A DNA stretch of 64,000 nt from Octopus vulgaris (taxonomy: Eukaryota), in the NCBI GenBank assembly GCA_951406725.2, contig OX597818.1:49972001-50036000 (forward strand). Direction: 5' to 3'. This document shows positions 40,550 through 52,982 of the stretch, piece by piece. The first letter of the stretch is position 1. Each line of letters opens with the position of its first letter. The translations under genes were made by a program, and so were the position numbers. The notes beneath the pieces were generated by a model, which was not told the origin of the DNA, did no database searches, and was given only the letters and a program-made list of their open reading frames with translations.

Positions 40550-43060
40550 CCCTAAGACGCTGTCGGATGGCACGGATCTACCACCCAAGGTACTGAGCGA
40601 TGGACCCTCCAGCATTTCCTGGTTAATTTTCGCTCCTTTCACACTTCGTACATCCTCAGTGAGTAATACTGATCATGTCAATGTGTTTACTGTCTGATAC
40701 TTTTAGATGGTGTCGTCCGCATCCGCTGGCACAGCTCTCCTCACATCCTAGTTCGCACGGGATGCCCTCTCAAAACCTCTAAATTCCGCAGTAGTGGTTG
40801 AGTGCCAGCTCGTACAGATAAGAGTGAAAGGAAGCGGCCTTGCCGAACCAAATGCGTGATACTGAACAGTCTGGATAGACGGCCTTTCGCTCTGCCGATG
40901 TTGCTGTACATTATTGTAATCCAACCTCTGATTGACGGTCAACCCTATCGAAAGCTTTCGTCTGATCTAAATTGATCAGAACCTCATCGATGCCAGGTTC
41001 TTTACCCATCTTTTCTATGACACATCATGTGAGGTGGAGTTTGTCATGGATAAATCTGTTCGGTATGGCGCATGTCTGTGCCTCACTCCTTCAGACAACC
41101 GTCGGTCTCTTCGCTAGCACCTTAGTTAAAATCTTCAATTCTGCATTTAGCAGCTTTACGGGCCTGAAGTTGTCAAAGTTATCCCCCTTGTTCGGGTTCT
41201 TTCTCAGCTGTACCACATCTCATTTCGTAGGACTGGAAGATCTCCCGTTCCATTGTCAGTTGAAGTTGACATCTGCCAAGAAGCTCCCAACAAGTCAGGC
41301 ATATGAAGACAAAGCCCATAAGACAGACCATCCAACACCAGCTAGTCCACCCTCATGCAGTCAGTTATCGTTTCCTGATTTCGTCAACTGTTATCGGACT
41401 ATTGCAGAATTCTGCAACCATAGTCGAGAGCTACGGCTAGCCATCGAGGGAGGCGGTAAAGTCCAACCCTATCTCAGGGCTGCCGTCCGCCTCAAACAGT
41501 TGAGCAAAGTGTCACTGTATTCATATCTTTTTGGAATCGAGTAGTATGCACCCCTCCCGACGCCAGTCAAAGAATACATTGTTATTATGATGCTACGTCG
41601 CACCTCTGTCACCCGAGCCCACAGGACAGCTTTCGTTTTCTTATCTTAGAGCACGTGCCCTATTTCTGACAACGCAGCTTTCATACTTAACGTTGAAGAA
41701 TTAAGGAAGGACCAATCTCAGAACCAGCATGTCAGTCACAATGCCTTTCATAAGTATCTCTTCTAGGTTCCTAGTTAGCTTTCCCGCTACTCCAGAATTC
41801 TCTATCGCTACTTCTTCATAAAACCTTATCGGCTCTAATCTAATAGCCTTTTTCAAGGGCCAACCATCTTCGATTGTTGACAATTTGACTCCATGAATTC
41901 CGACTCAACAAATTCTCTAACTCGATCTCTGTAAACCTGATGCGCCGTGGAAGACACGTTCAATTTCCAGTAATCGGGTTCCTGCCTCTGTAGCCTATCT
42001 AGATCGATCGTACACGTGATCTGATCAATAAGTACAAGGACAATTGCCATAGTAACGAAACGAAGCTAAAGCGCGCAGAGTGAAGCTGTTTGTCACAAAT
42101 TGACCTTGAACTCTGCAGTGCATGCATATTAAATTTTAAAGTTCTAGCTCACTTTCGCTGTTTACACCAGTGCTTGGAAGGAAGGTGTGTAGCGTGTGAT
42201 TGTCGCATTGACCATGACAGAGAAAGTTGAGCAGAGAATCTGCATCAAATTTTGCCAAAAAGCTTGGTGATATCTGCTCAGAGGCCTACACAAAGTTTTC
42301 AAAAAGTTTTCATCGTTCTCGACACAATCAAGGAGATATTGTGCAACTGAAATCCGAGTATCTTTTTGGTCAGCTGAAAGCAGTTTTGGCACAAACTTGG
42401 CAGACATGCATCACATACCCAAATCTTCAGTGATAATGGACTGAACTGAACCATAACTAATCTGAACAACTGATAATTCACGGATGGTGATTCGACGATT
42501 TCCCCTCTAAGCCTGACGCACATCTGCGATGTTTTTCTCAGTTCTGCTGGTTGCGGGTCTCCCAGAATGTTCGTCAATATCGACATTTTTTCGGCCATCT
42601 TGGAAACGTCTAAACCACTCGTACTCTTGTGTGCGGCTCGTACACCCCTCTCCATATACTTTCAGAAAATTTGCGTGAGCAGGTAACGCCATGAGAACTT
42701 TCTCTGTCATGATCAATGAGACGATCACAGCTACACACCTTCCTTCCAAGCACTGTTGTAAACAGCGGAAGTGAGTTTGTGCGCATGCACAACATATTTC
42801 AGGGTCAATCTTTACCTAGCGGTTTTACTCAATTCTTTAGCATCATTATTGACGGATACTTATTGATCAGACCTTATAAGTCCGGATACTTATTGATCAG
42901 ACCTTATAAATGACAAATTTATGGTCTGTGCAGCCGAATAATTTGAATTGTAGATACCCTACGCTATCCGTATCTAAAGAATACTCTGTCTAGATCCAGC
43001 GTCCCCAAAGTCCATCCCCTCGTCCCCGTGGTGGGGACGCTGGCAACGGGTAGTGTCAGA
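40550..43060 (-). mobile_element. Degenerate Tx1/L1-clade LINE ORF2 (end of EN plus RT)
   Basis: LDRVF..TDHKFV, PDYWKLNVS, FRPVKLLNAELKILTKVLA, QTCAIPNR; many frameshifts; split by the mariner. Confidence 0.75.
42013..42908. mobile_element. Rearranged mariner (two 5' halves in inverted orientation, duplicated TIR) nested in a Tx1 LINE
   Basis: Same TIR family as 22397; MTEKV start on both strands; YEWFRRFQDG..SGRP and SAKFVPKLL on the minus strand. Confidence 0.8.
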
Positions 43061-43072
43061 GCTATGCCGTCA

Positions 43073-43610
43073 GGAACTTCGGTTCCTGGTAGGGCCACCC
43101 AAGGCGGATTGGTCTGACACCGAGTGGTATTAGGGCCACAACCCGGCAGACGGGGCTCTGGTGAAAATCCTCAGAGTGCAACCGGCGGCTCTTCAGTCGG
43201 GAACTTCGGTTCCTGGTAGGGCCACCCAAGGTGGATTGGTCTGACACCGAGTGGTATTAGGGCCACAACCCGGCAGACGGGGCTCTGGTGAAAATCCTCA
43301 GAGTGTCTGTTTCGGCAACCGGCGGCTCTTCAGTCGGGAACTTCGGTTCCTGGTAGGGCCACCCAAGGTGGATTGGTCTGACACCGAGTGGTATTAGGGC
43401 CACAACCCGGCAGACGGGGCTCTGGTGAAAATCCTCAGAGTGTCTGTTTCGGCAACCGGCGACTCTTCAGTCGGGAACTTCGGTTCCTGGTAGGGCCACC
43501 CAAGGTGGATTGGTCTGACACCGAGTGGTATTAGGGCTACAACCCGGCAGACGGGGCTCTGGTGAAAATCCTCAGAGTGTCTGTTTCGGCAACCGGCGGC
43601 TCTTCGGTCG
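43073..43610 (+). repeat. GC-rich tandem repeat, 4 units (127+137+137+137 nt), with predicted RNA structure
   Basis: Unit starts at 43073, 43200, 43337, 43474; each has GGAAC-TTCG-GTTCC and further hairpins. Confidence 0.9.
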
Positions 43611-43727
43611 TTCTGTACCTGCGTCTGCGGACAATCTGCGGCAAACAGGATGTCTCTACATGCGGGATTGTTGGGGACCGCTTGTGAAATTCATATTCCC
43701 ACGAAACTTCTTCCATGAGTAGAAGAT

Positions 43728-44027
43728 AGTTAAGTTAAGTTAATTTTTTGGCTCAAAAAGCAAAAAGCAAGGCCATGTAGGGGGACATGGAATTATGTAC
43801 AGGGAGGGTGTTCATGTAAAGAGTTCAGGCCACTTGTGGTCAAGGGAGACTTTGAACCGAGCGGTCGTCAGCATCTTCACTATCTCGTCCGGCAGCTTAT
43901 TCCACGGATCCGCAACCCGGACGGAGAAAACCCCTCTCCTTCGATTGAGATGAAATCGTCGCAGATAGAGCTTTTCAGAATGACCCCGCAGCCGACGCGC
44001 TGGAGCAGGAGTGAAGAACAGCTCTTT
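43728..44027 (-). mobile_element. CR1-clade LINE 3' end
   Basis: LRGHSEKL..RRGVFSVRVADPWNKLP..FKVSLDHKW* followed by a 3'UTR and (TTAAC)n tail. Confidence 0.85.
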
Positions 44028-47000
44028 CGAGAGGTTACATTTTCCGCTTATGCCGACTCAACCCGCCCAGGGTGAATGTCGTCACAAGTACAAGTAAGTA
44101 CTGTCTAGATGTGATCATGGCCCTGTACTGCTTGCCCACGACCACATTGGCGCATTCATGAAATTCAATTGATATGTATCGTCAAAGGATATCCTGCTAT
44201 ACATGGTGGAGAACTCCTTTTACTTCTGCGTTCGTGGGTGTCTTCGGGTGACCAGTTGTTAAACCCACGCAGTCTTTTTAGAGTTGCAGCTAAATTTTCA
44301 GGAGCAACAATTAGTTTTAAACATAACTAACCTTACCGGTATTAATAACCCTCTAATCTCCAACTACGTGGAGGCACATGGCCTAGTGGTTAGAGCAGCG
44401 GACTCGCGGGTTCGAATCTCAGACCGGGCGATGTGCGTGTTTATGAGCGAAACACCTAAGCTCCACGCGGCTCCGGCAGAAGGTAATGGCGAACTTCTGC
44501 TGACTCTTTCGCCACAACTTTCTCTCACTCCAATCTCCTACTACGTAGAGGCACATGGCCTAGTGGTTAGAGCAGCGGACTCGCGGTCGAGGGGTGGCGG
44601 ATTCGAATCTCAGACCGGGCGATGTGTGTGTTTATGAGCGAAACATCTAAGCTCCACGCGGCTCCGGCAGAAGGTAATGGCGAAACTTCTGCTGACTCTT
44701 TTGCCACAACTTTCTCTCACTCTTTCCTTCTGCATCTTGCAGCTCGCCTGCGACGGACTGGCATCCTGTCCAGGTGGGGAGCCTATACGCCAAGGAAACC
44801 GGGAAACTGGCCCTTATGAGCCAGGCATGGCTTGAGAAGGAACAAACAACAATCTCCTACTACACTTCGCTGCTAATTCATCACGCAACTACACACTAAC
44901 TTCCCTTCATTTCATTAAGTGCTCCCTACACTCTTATTTCAAAACCACCTCCTTTACTCCACTGGTTCGTGTTCTATTTTGATGTAACGTCGTATTTCCC
45001 CCATATTTTTCTTCCCCTTCTCCTTTCTTTCTTTCTGATACATCAATTTATTTCCCCTTTTATTTCCATACAGCGCAATTACATTGACTTAGTATTCCTG
45101 TTCGTTGATTTTGTGTCTTTTTGTTCCCCACTGACTTTTTTTTTCTATTTGTGTCTTACATGGATATGGATATTAATTACTGCATTGATACTGACTTAAC
45201 TCGGATTACTTTGGAATTATCATTCTTTTGTAAAGGAATCGATTCCATGAACTAATCTTCCAGATACTTATTCAAGATACAATACCATCCTTTGGTGTTG
45301 TTTAATTTCAAATCAGTCCTGATCAAAGATGTTGTCGGTGCCCCTGCTGTTGCTGTTGCTGTTGAGCGAAGCGGTCTTCGTCCCAGAGCTCGCAAGATCG
45401 CGCCTCTGTAGTGGGAGAAGTCCGAAACGTGGTCCTTTGCTATTCGTAAGACCCGCAGAAGAGAAAGCAGGTCAACCCCCGACACCGAGAACATCGACGG
45501 ATGGATGAATGCGCATCCAGGCTCAGCGGTTGCGTAGGAAGTCGGGGGACAAGAAACAGGAAGAAAGAGTGAGAGAAAGTTGGAGCGAAAGAGTATAAGA
45601 GGGGTCGCCACTACCCCCTGCCGGAGTCTCGTGGAGCTTTAGGTGTTTTTCGCTCAATAAACATACACAACGCCCGGTCTGGGAATCGAAACCGCGATCC
45701 TCCGACCGCGAGTCCGCTGCTCTACCCACTGGGCCATTGCGCCTCCACTGCTGTTGCTGTTTCAACAGTCTCTGCTGCGGTTTATGGTGTTGCTGTCGCT
45801 ATTGTTGATGCTGGCGAAGGCGGCGAGCTGGCAGAATCGTTAGCGCGCCGGGCGAAATGCGTAGACGTATTTCGGTCTGTCGTTACGTTCCGAGTTCAAA
45901 TTCCGCCGAGGTCGATTTTGCCTTTCATCCTTTCGAGGTCGATTTTGCCTTTCATCCTTTCGAGGTCGATTTTGCCTTTCATCCTTTCGAGGTCGATTTT
46001 GCCTTTCATCCTTTCGAGGTCGATAAATTAAATACCAGTTACGCACTGGGGTCGATGTAATCGACTTGATCCCTTCGTCTGTCCTTGTTTGTCCCCTCTG
46101 TGTTTAGCCCCTCGTGGGGTAGTAAAGAAATATATAGTTGATGTTGTTGATGTTGGCACTAATGCTGTTGCTTCTCCTTCTTTTCCTTGCCGCTACTGTT
46201 GCTTGTGCTTCTGTTGTTGCGCATCAGATCTGTGATCAAAAGTATTCCAGCGGAGACCAACCCATCATCTTAGGTTCACATAATCTACACCACTTTTTCT
46301 CAACTATTTTTTTTTCCTATGGAGCCCTTTGATTTCTATTTTACTTAAGACTTTCATAACCATTCGATGTTTAAAAATTATTATATTTTTATAATTAAAT
46401 ATCATTAGAAATTGTATAAAAAAATGTTTAAGTATTTTGTGTGTTGCAGAAGTGTAATCAATTTTAACAACAAATTCTTATGTGGACCCCCAGGAGTCAG
46501 ATGGACCGGGGTTGAGAACAACTGGTCCACACTATCGGAGGTATTCTTCCTTAAAGGTTTGATTTGAGGGATTTTGACTACCTTTTCTTATTTCTTTACT
46601 ACTCACAAGGGGCTGAACATAGAGTGGACAAGCAAGGACAGACAAACGGATTAAGTCGATTAGATCGACCCCAGTGCGTAACTGGTACTTATTTAATCGA
46701 TCCCGAAAGGATGAAAGGCAAAGTCGACCTTGGCAGAATTTGAACTCAGAGTGGCAGACGAAATACGGCTGCGCATTTCGCCTGGCGTGTTATCGTTTCT
46801 GCCAGCTCGCCGCCTTTTGACTAGCATTTCTAGCAGATCGAACGACCGGATAGAAATTTTCCCTCGTTACTCATAGAGTGGCAAGTTGCAAGAATAGGCA
46901 AAACTTAGGATTAGGTTCACTACTGCACCATGTCTTGTCTTCCTATCAGACCAAATCCAGTGTCCCTTTGTGAGAATTGGGCCTGTGAATAATTGATATA

Positions 47001-47516
47001 AATTAATTTTATAGACGTTAAGGATCGAGGGGGTGGAGTAGTAAGTAGAGGGCACAATACAGTTCCACATTAAATGGCGCTATATTGGATAACACTATCC
47101 AATGGCACTAACTGGATAACATCCCGAATCCGAGGAAACTGACGATAATTAGTGTAAGCAACAGTTAGTCTATAGGATGGTTGTGAGAAGTGTTAGATAA
47201 GTTTAATTGCCTATTTCTTTACTACCCACAAGGGGCTAAACACAGAGGGGACAAACAAGGACAGACAAACGGATTAAGTCGATTAGATCGATCCCAGTGC
47301 GTAACTGGTACTTATTTAATCGACCCCGAAAGGATGAAAGGCAAAGTCGACCTCGGCGGAATTTGAACTCAGAACGTAGCGGCAGACGAAATACCGCAAA
47401 GCTTTTCGCCCGGCGTGCTAACATTTCTGCCAGCTTGCCTCCTTGCGTGTTAACGTATAAGTTTAATTGCCATCAACAGTGAAGAAGCCAATGTCTCGGG
47501 TCCTTGAACTTCATCT

Positions 47517-47588
<72 letters not shown>

Positions 47589-48365
47589 TTATCTTCTTCT
47601 TCTTCTTCTTCTTCTTCTCAGGACTCACGTCATTAGCCACAAAGAATAATCTCTAATTCGAGCCTACTCTAAGCTACTAAGAATGCGTGTGGAAACTTGA
47701 AGATCCACTCACCACACGCGATAGACTTTATCCATAAAGGGTTTGGGCGACCCGTCAGACTAATAGCGGAGGACATATAGTTCTTCAAACTTCGGAGGTA
47801 GAAATCCGTTATGGTCAGTTAGAAAGTAAACAGAGTATACAACTCGGGGTCGGCGAGGATGGGTTACTTCCCTTAGACCAATCCATGAGCCAAAAAAAAA
47901 AAAAGGCGAAGGGTGAACTTCGCTCTTAAGGTTGTTTGTAGCTTGTAAGGACCTTTTCGAATCCCATACTTGTAGCATGTAGCGTTTGAAATGTATGCAG
48001 GAGCTATAAATTACGGCCGGGATCCTATATTAAACGGGGGCGGACGCAAGGATTCTCAAAGACTCCCTGGAACCAGAATTATTTTTATCTTCCCGGCACG
48101 AAATCTAAAGCCCCTGCATCCATTTCAAACGCTACCTGCCGCAAGCATGGGAGTCCCCCATTCATCGATTGGACATATACTTAACTGCATTGAAATACAT
48201 TACGGCTCTATGTTTGAGGGTGTGCTTCTTTTTCGAATAATATGATACACTGACGACACAAACACACACACACACAACAGGTTATGTTACAGTTAAATAG
48301 TTCAAACTCTGTAAGAGACAGTGTAACAGTCAAGGTGGAAAAAATTGCTTACTGCTCTCTCTCTC

Positions 48366-48433
<68 letters not shown>

Positions 48434-48623
48434 GAGAATGGAGAAACATACTTAAATCAGTAAAACATCAACTATCCGATGATACTCAATCCATACTTTA
48501 ATACACCATTACATATGAGTAAAGGCAATATATAAAATGAAATGAGATATACAGTAATAGTAAAAGTAAAAGGATAAAGAGATATAAGTAAAATTTCAAA
48601 TATAATATGCAAATAAATCAAAA

Positions 48624-48731
48624 CTGACAGCTGTTTCGGCAGTGAGGACAGTCATACCTCATTTAACCTATAAGCCATAAAGGCAGGTATAAATGAGGCA
48701 TTAACAAGGATGCCCCACGGCCTCTTCAGAG
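48624..48731 (-). ncRNA. Mirror hammerhead ribozyme motif in the left PLE arm
   Basis: Reverse complement of 56380-56487. Confidence 0.75.
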
Positions 48732-49069
48732 AATTAAATTAAATTTGTTATAATAGTGAAAAATATTATATAATCATATACATATAAATATAAAAATATA
48801 AAAATGTAAAATATAAAAACTTATACATCATAATGCTACACTTATATAATATAATACACATTTGTACAAAAAGGAAGGTAAACAGAACAATATAAAACAA
48901 AATATATAACAGTGTATATATTAATATTAATAAGTACCGATATTATACATATTTGGCTAATAGTTTTTTTTATAAAAAAAGGGCTAACACATATGGAGAT
49001 GAAAAATAATAATTAAATCCGTGGTACAGTTCATAAAATTCTAAAGCTATAAAAGTTAATAAAAATTAC

Positions 49070-49128
<59 letters not shown>

Positions 49129-50868
49129 TAATAATAATAAAAAATACTAAAAATAGATACAGTTAAGTTAGCACCAAGTCCATCCTTTCAAGATCGAAAT
49201 AACTATGAGTTAAGAAATGCTGACCACTAGGTAAAGAAAATTTAGATTAATTCGATTGGCTATTGGTTTGAAATTTAAATCACAAAAGAAAATTATACGG
49301 TTGGTTAGTCAAGGAACGCCAATATTCACACACGCATCTACAGATCAATCGCACATACACACATAGTTATATGTATATACATACACTTATACACATACAA
49401 AATTACAAGCAACAACTAGCACTTAGATAAACAAAAAAGGGAAGCAACTATGCTAACATTTAGTCCTTCAAAATTATAACTGAGCCTTAATAACAAAAAA
49501 AGAACCATCCATGCATTCTATAAAATATTTAATTTAGATATAAATATATTTTTAAATATCAGTATGTTACTAATTCAGATAATTATTTCATGGGTAACTT
49601 AAAATTTATAACACCGGTTTGTTACAGAGTAAACATACGGTTGTTAGGTTTATCGTAAGTTTGTTATGATTTTAAGTACGCTAAATTATAAAATATAAAA
49701 TATAAAATATATATTAATTTAGATATTATAAATAAGTCACTTATTAACTTAATAAATATAGTGCCATAATATACCAGTTTAGGCATTAAAGAATAGAAGG
49801 GGAAGTATTAATGTAAACGCTTATGAGAACATCACAGAAATTTTAAATAAATTTTATATTATAAAGACTTAAGATGAAAAGAGATAAAATAAATAAAAAG
49901 GAATACATACGAAGGAATAAATACGGTTATACACATAATTATAAGTACAAACTAGTATATATGTATTCATATATTATTAAAATTAAATACAAATAAATGA
50001 TAGATATGTATGTATAAAACTACACCAGTATAAGTAAATAAGTAAAAAATAAATAGGTAACAAATTAGATGACTTGATATGTATGTAAACATCTACACTT
50101 AAATAGGCAAATAAATAAATGAATAGAAGACTAGATGCAAAGATTGATAATATTACAATAAAATGGGAAATAAACAAAAATAAATAAAGTGAATATATAT
50201 TTTATATATATTTTATATTGTTGAAAGTAAATATGTATGGAAGGATAGTTTAAAGTACAGATCCAGAGGACTATAGATATAAACTAAATATATGAGGCTG
50301 GTAAAATTATAAAGCAAAATGCATGTAAATGAGAAAATGAAAAAAAAAAATGAAAAAGGTTTATCAGTGAATAGCATAAGATACAAATTAAGGTGAGTAC
50401 AAAAAGACCAAATATATAATAAAAACCTTCCAAATAAACACATACAAAAAAGCTATAATCTCAACCTAAACCCACCAAACTCACAAAAGGCTCTCATATA
50501 TTACATATTATACAATATCATTACATTATCTAGAGCTAGGTATCTAACCAAGATATACATATATACTATGCAATATACTATGCAATATTGGAAAACTTCA
50601 AAAATCACACATTACAAGGCAAATACCAAAATGAATATGCTATTTTATGTCATATTGCATTTCTCTTAAAAAACAAACAAAAACCCACATACAAAAATCA
50701 AGAAACCAATAATACTAGACACATCCATTAATTATTATACAAATGTAGCTATAAAAATTATAAAATTATGAAATTTATAAATTGTATACTTTAGAATTAT
50801 AGAGGACCACAGGTATATTTAGTTAAAGAAGGGAATTAAAAAATTAATAATAGTGGAAGTGCTAAGTT

Positions 50869-52982
50869 CTATTTGAATCTAGAAAAGGTGAACGGTAGCC
50901 TATGAATACAAAAGAAGTTTTTCTCATTAATGTTGTTAATAATTTGCCGACCCGCTTTAATAATGAAGAAAATTTCATTAATACATAGAGAGCATTTTTT
51001 ATTTTTTCCATTATACACAGGTGCTGAAGTTAGTATTTTCCAGTTTAATCTAAAATCTAAGTTCTTACTTTTAAGTTCCCAAATGTATGCACTTAGCCCT
51101 GTAGAGTACATTCTATTTTTATTCCTAAAAGTATATCTGTGATAATTCCATCTTTGTTTTATGCTATTCATAGTTGCACCGATATACACCCTACTACTCA
51201 ATTGTGTATCTACAGTGCATTGGTAAACTACCTCCTTCCTGAGGCATTGATTACCAAATACACATTTATTTTTATTTCTGCAATTACAAAGATTAACAGA
51301 ATGAGGAAATCTAAGATTGGACACCACCCCTATACTACTATTCACATTATAAGTGTTACAATTGTTATCATCATCCAAACCCAAAATCAACGAATGAGTT
51401 AATTTCACATTATCGGCTATATTTCTATCACTAGTACTAGTATTGGTAGTAGTAGTATGATCTATTACATTTATATTATCTCTGACAGGTATAGTGCACT
51501 CATTATTAGTAAGGAGGTTGTTCCCATTTGTTCCAAGAAAATTTATATTCGTATTATTAATGAAGAGGGGCAAGTTATCCTGGTCTAAATTCAATTTTCT
51601 ATCCTTATAGAAGTGATCCAGTTTCTTGTTATTAAAAGAGGAGATAATGGTGGCTAGATTATGAGTAATGCTATATCCCACTCTAACAGTACCGTTGTTA
51701 ATTAAAGGACTAAATTTATTCCTATCCTTACCAAAATGCCTAAAAATAACATTATGCAAAGCTCTCACTATGTTTGTTTTAATCTGCATTGCATACGGGA
51801 TAATCAACCAAAGAGTATCCTTATCAGAATTAGGATTGCCTATAGAATTAATGTTATTTGTAAAAATCCTATTCGTAGACCAACTCATAGGATTGCTATT
51901 CTTACCACTGTTATTATTATATCTATCTATATCAATATTACCATGGTTATTGCGCAAGTAAACTTTACCATTATCATGTCTACCATAAGTTTTAATTCGT
52001 ATATTATTATTAATATTACTACTATTACCCGTATGTTTAGATCTATTTGAGCTACCGTTCACCTTTCCAAGGTTAACGTCACTTCTACATTTATTATAGG
52101 TGTTATCATATATTCTATTTTTACTATTCTTATGTATATTGTTGATTATCCTAAATCTATTTGTGTTGTTCCTGATAGTTCTACCTCCATTAGGGGGTTC
52201 CCCTTAGGTATAAACCAAATCTTACTTTTATATCCTGCCTTAAGTAATGCTGCATTGTATCTATCACAGTGTTTGTTAAAAATTTCCTCGTTTGAGGATA
52301 AACTAGAAATTCTCTGACTAATGCTACGCACTAGTGCATTTTTAATTTGGGGGGGTGATTACTAGAACGGTTAATGTATATTAGGTTAGAATTAGGTTTA
52401 ATATAGGGTTCATGTAAACCATTAGTAATGTTACAATTAACATCTAAATAATTAGCAGAATAATTTTCACTTTCAATGATAATGGATAGGCCGAAGCTTT
52501 TAAAAAATTTATTTATTCTTTTTTTCAGAAGATCTAATCTCCTATTTGATGTATTCCTAACACAAAATAAGGCGTCATCCCTGTATAATCCACCTTTTAA
52601 TTCAGGGAATTCCCTACTAAAGTTATCTAATAGATACATCCCAACTAGATCAGTCACCTCCGCTGAGTCCGGCGATCCCATTGTGATATCGAACAAGTTG
52701 GGTGTGTCCTTTCTAGCCCAAAGTTTATTATCAAACTCTATTAAAGTTTTCCTGGCTGTTAGTATAACCTTAATCTCCCCCATACTTAATTTAGTGTGTT
52801 TTCTAGCAAAAATTAAGGACTTATTTAATATAATAGGGTTAATTGAAGTGTAATAATTCTGTATATCGAATTGTATAAATTTATTTCTATTATAGCTAAA
52901 GTTGTTACTGTCACAGACCTTAATGGTAGAAAAACCAATCCAAAGCACCCTGAGTATTCTTCCAAAGGTTTAGTTTGATTTT
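50869..52982 (-). pseudogene. PLE RT + linker + GIY-YIG endonuclease ORF, 5'-truncated, with three single-base homopolymer frameshifts (~52932, ~52350, ~52200)
   Basis: Motifs NLWKNT..DWF, FIQFDIQNYYTSI, FDITMGSPDSAEVTDLVG, GLYRDD, NYLDV, YINRSSNHPP, SSNEEIFN, CNCRNKNKC..C, VVYQC..VYIGAT..KQRWNYH, KCSLCINE, CIH. Confidence 0.9.

Noticed and set aside
40972-41544. 190-aa + strand ORF as a host gene
   Set aside because: Antisense to the degenerate Tx1 RT region
43073-43610. Hammerhead (retrozyme-like) on the minus strand of the 137-bp repeat (CTGAAGA...CGAAAC)
   Set aside because: Stem II pairs poorly, no NUH triplet is in register with stems I/III, the last unit reads CCGAAGA, and the G-U pairs favour the + strand
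50930-52853. Antisense ORFs overlapping the PLE ORF (e.g. 51139-51402, 51736-52050, 52476-52853)
   Set aside because: Shadow frames of an AT-biased coding strand; no recognisable motifs
50869-52982. Naiad-type (N-terminal endonuclease, selenoprotein) PLE
   Set aside because: The endonuclease is C-terminal to RT, and no in-frame TGA is needed to read the ORF
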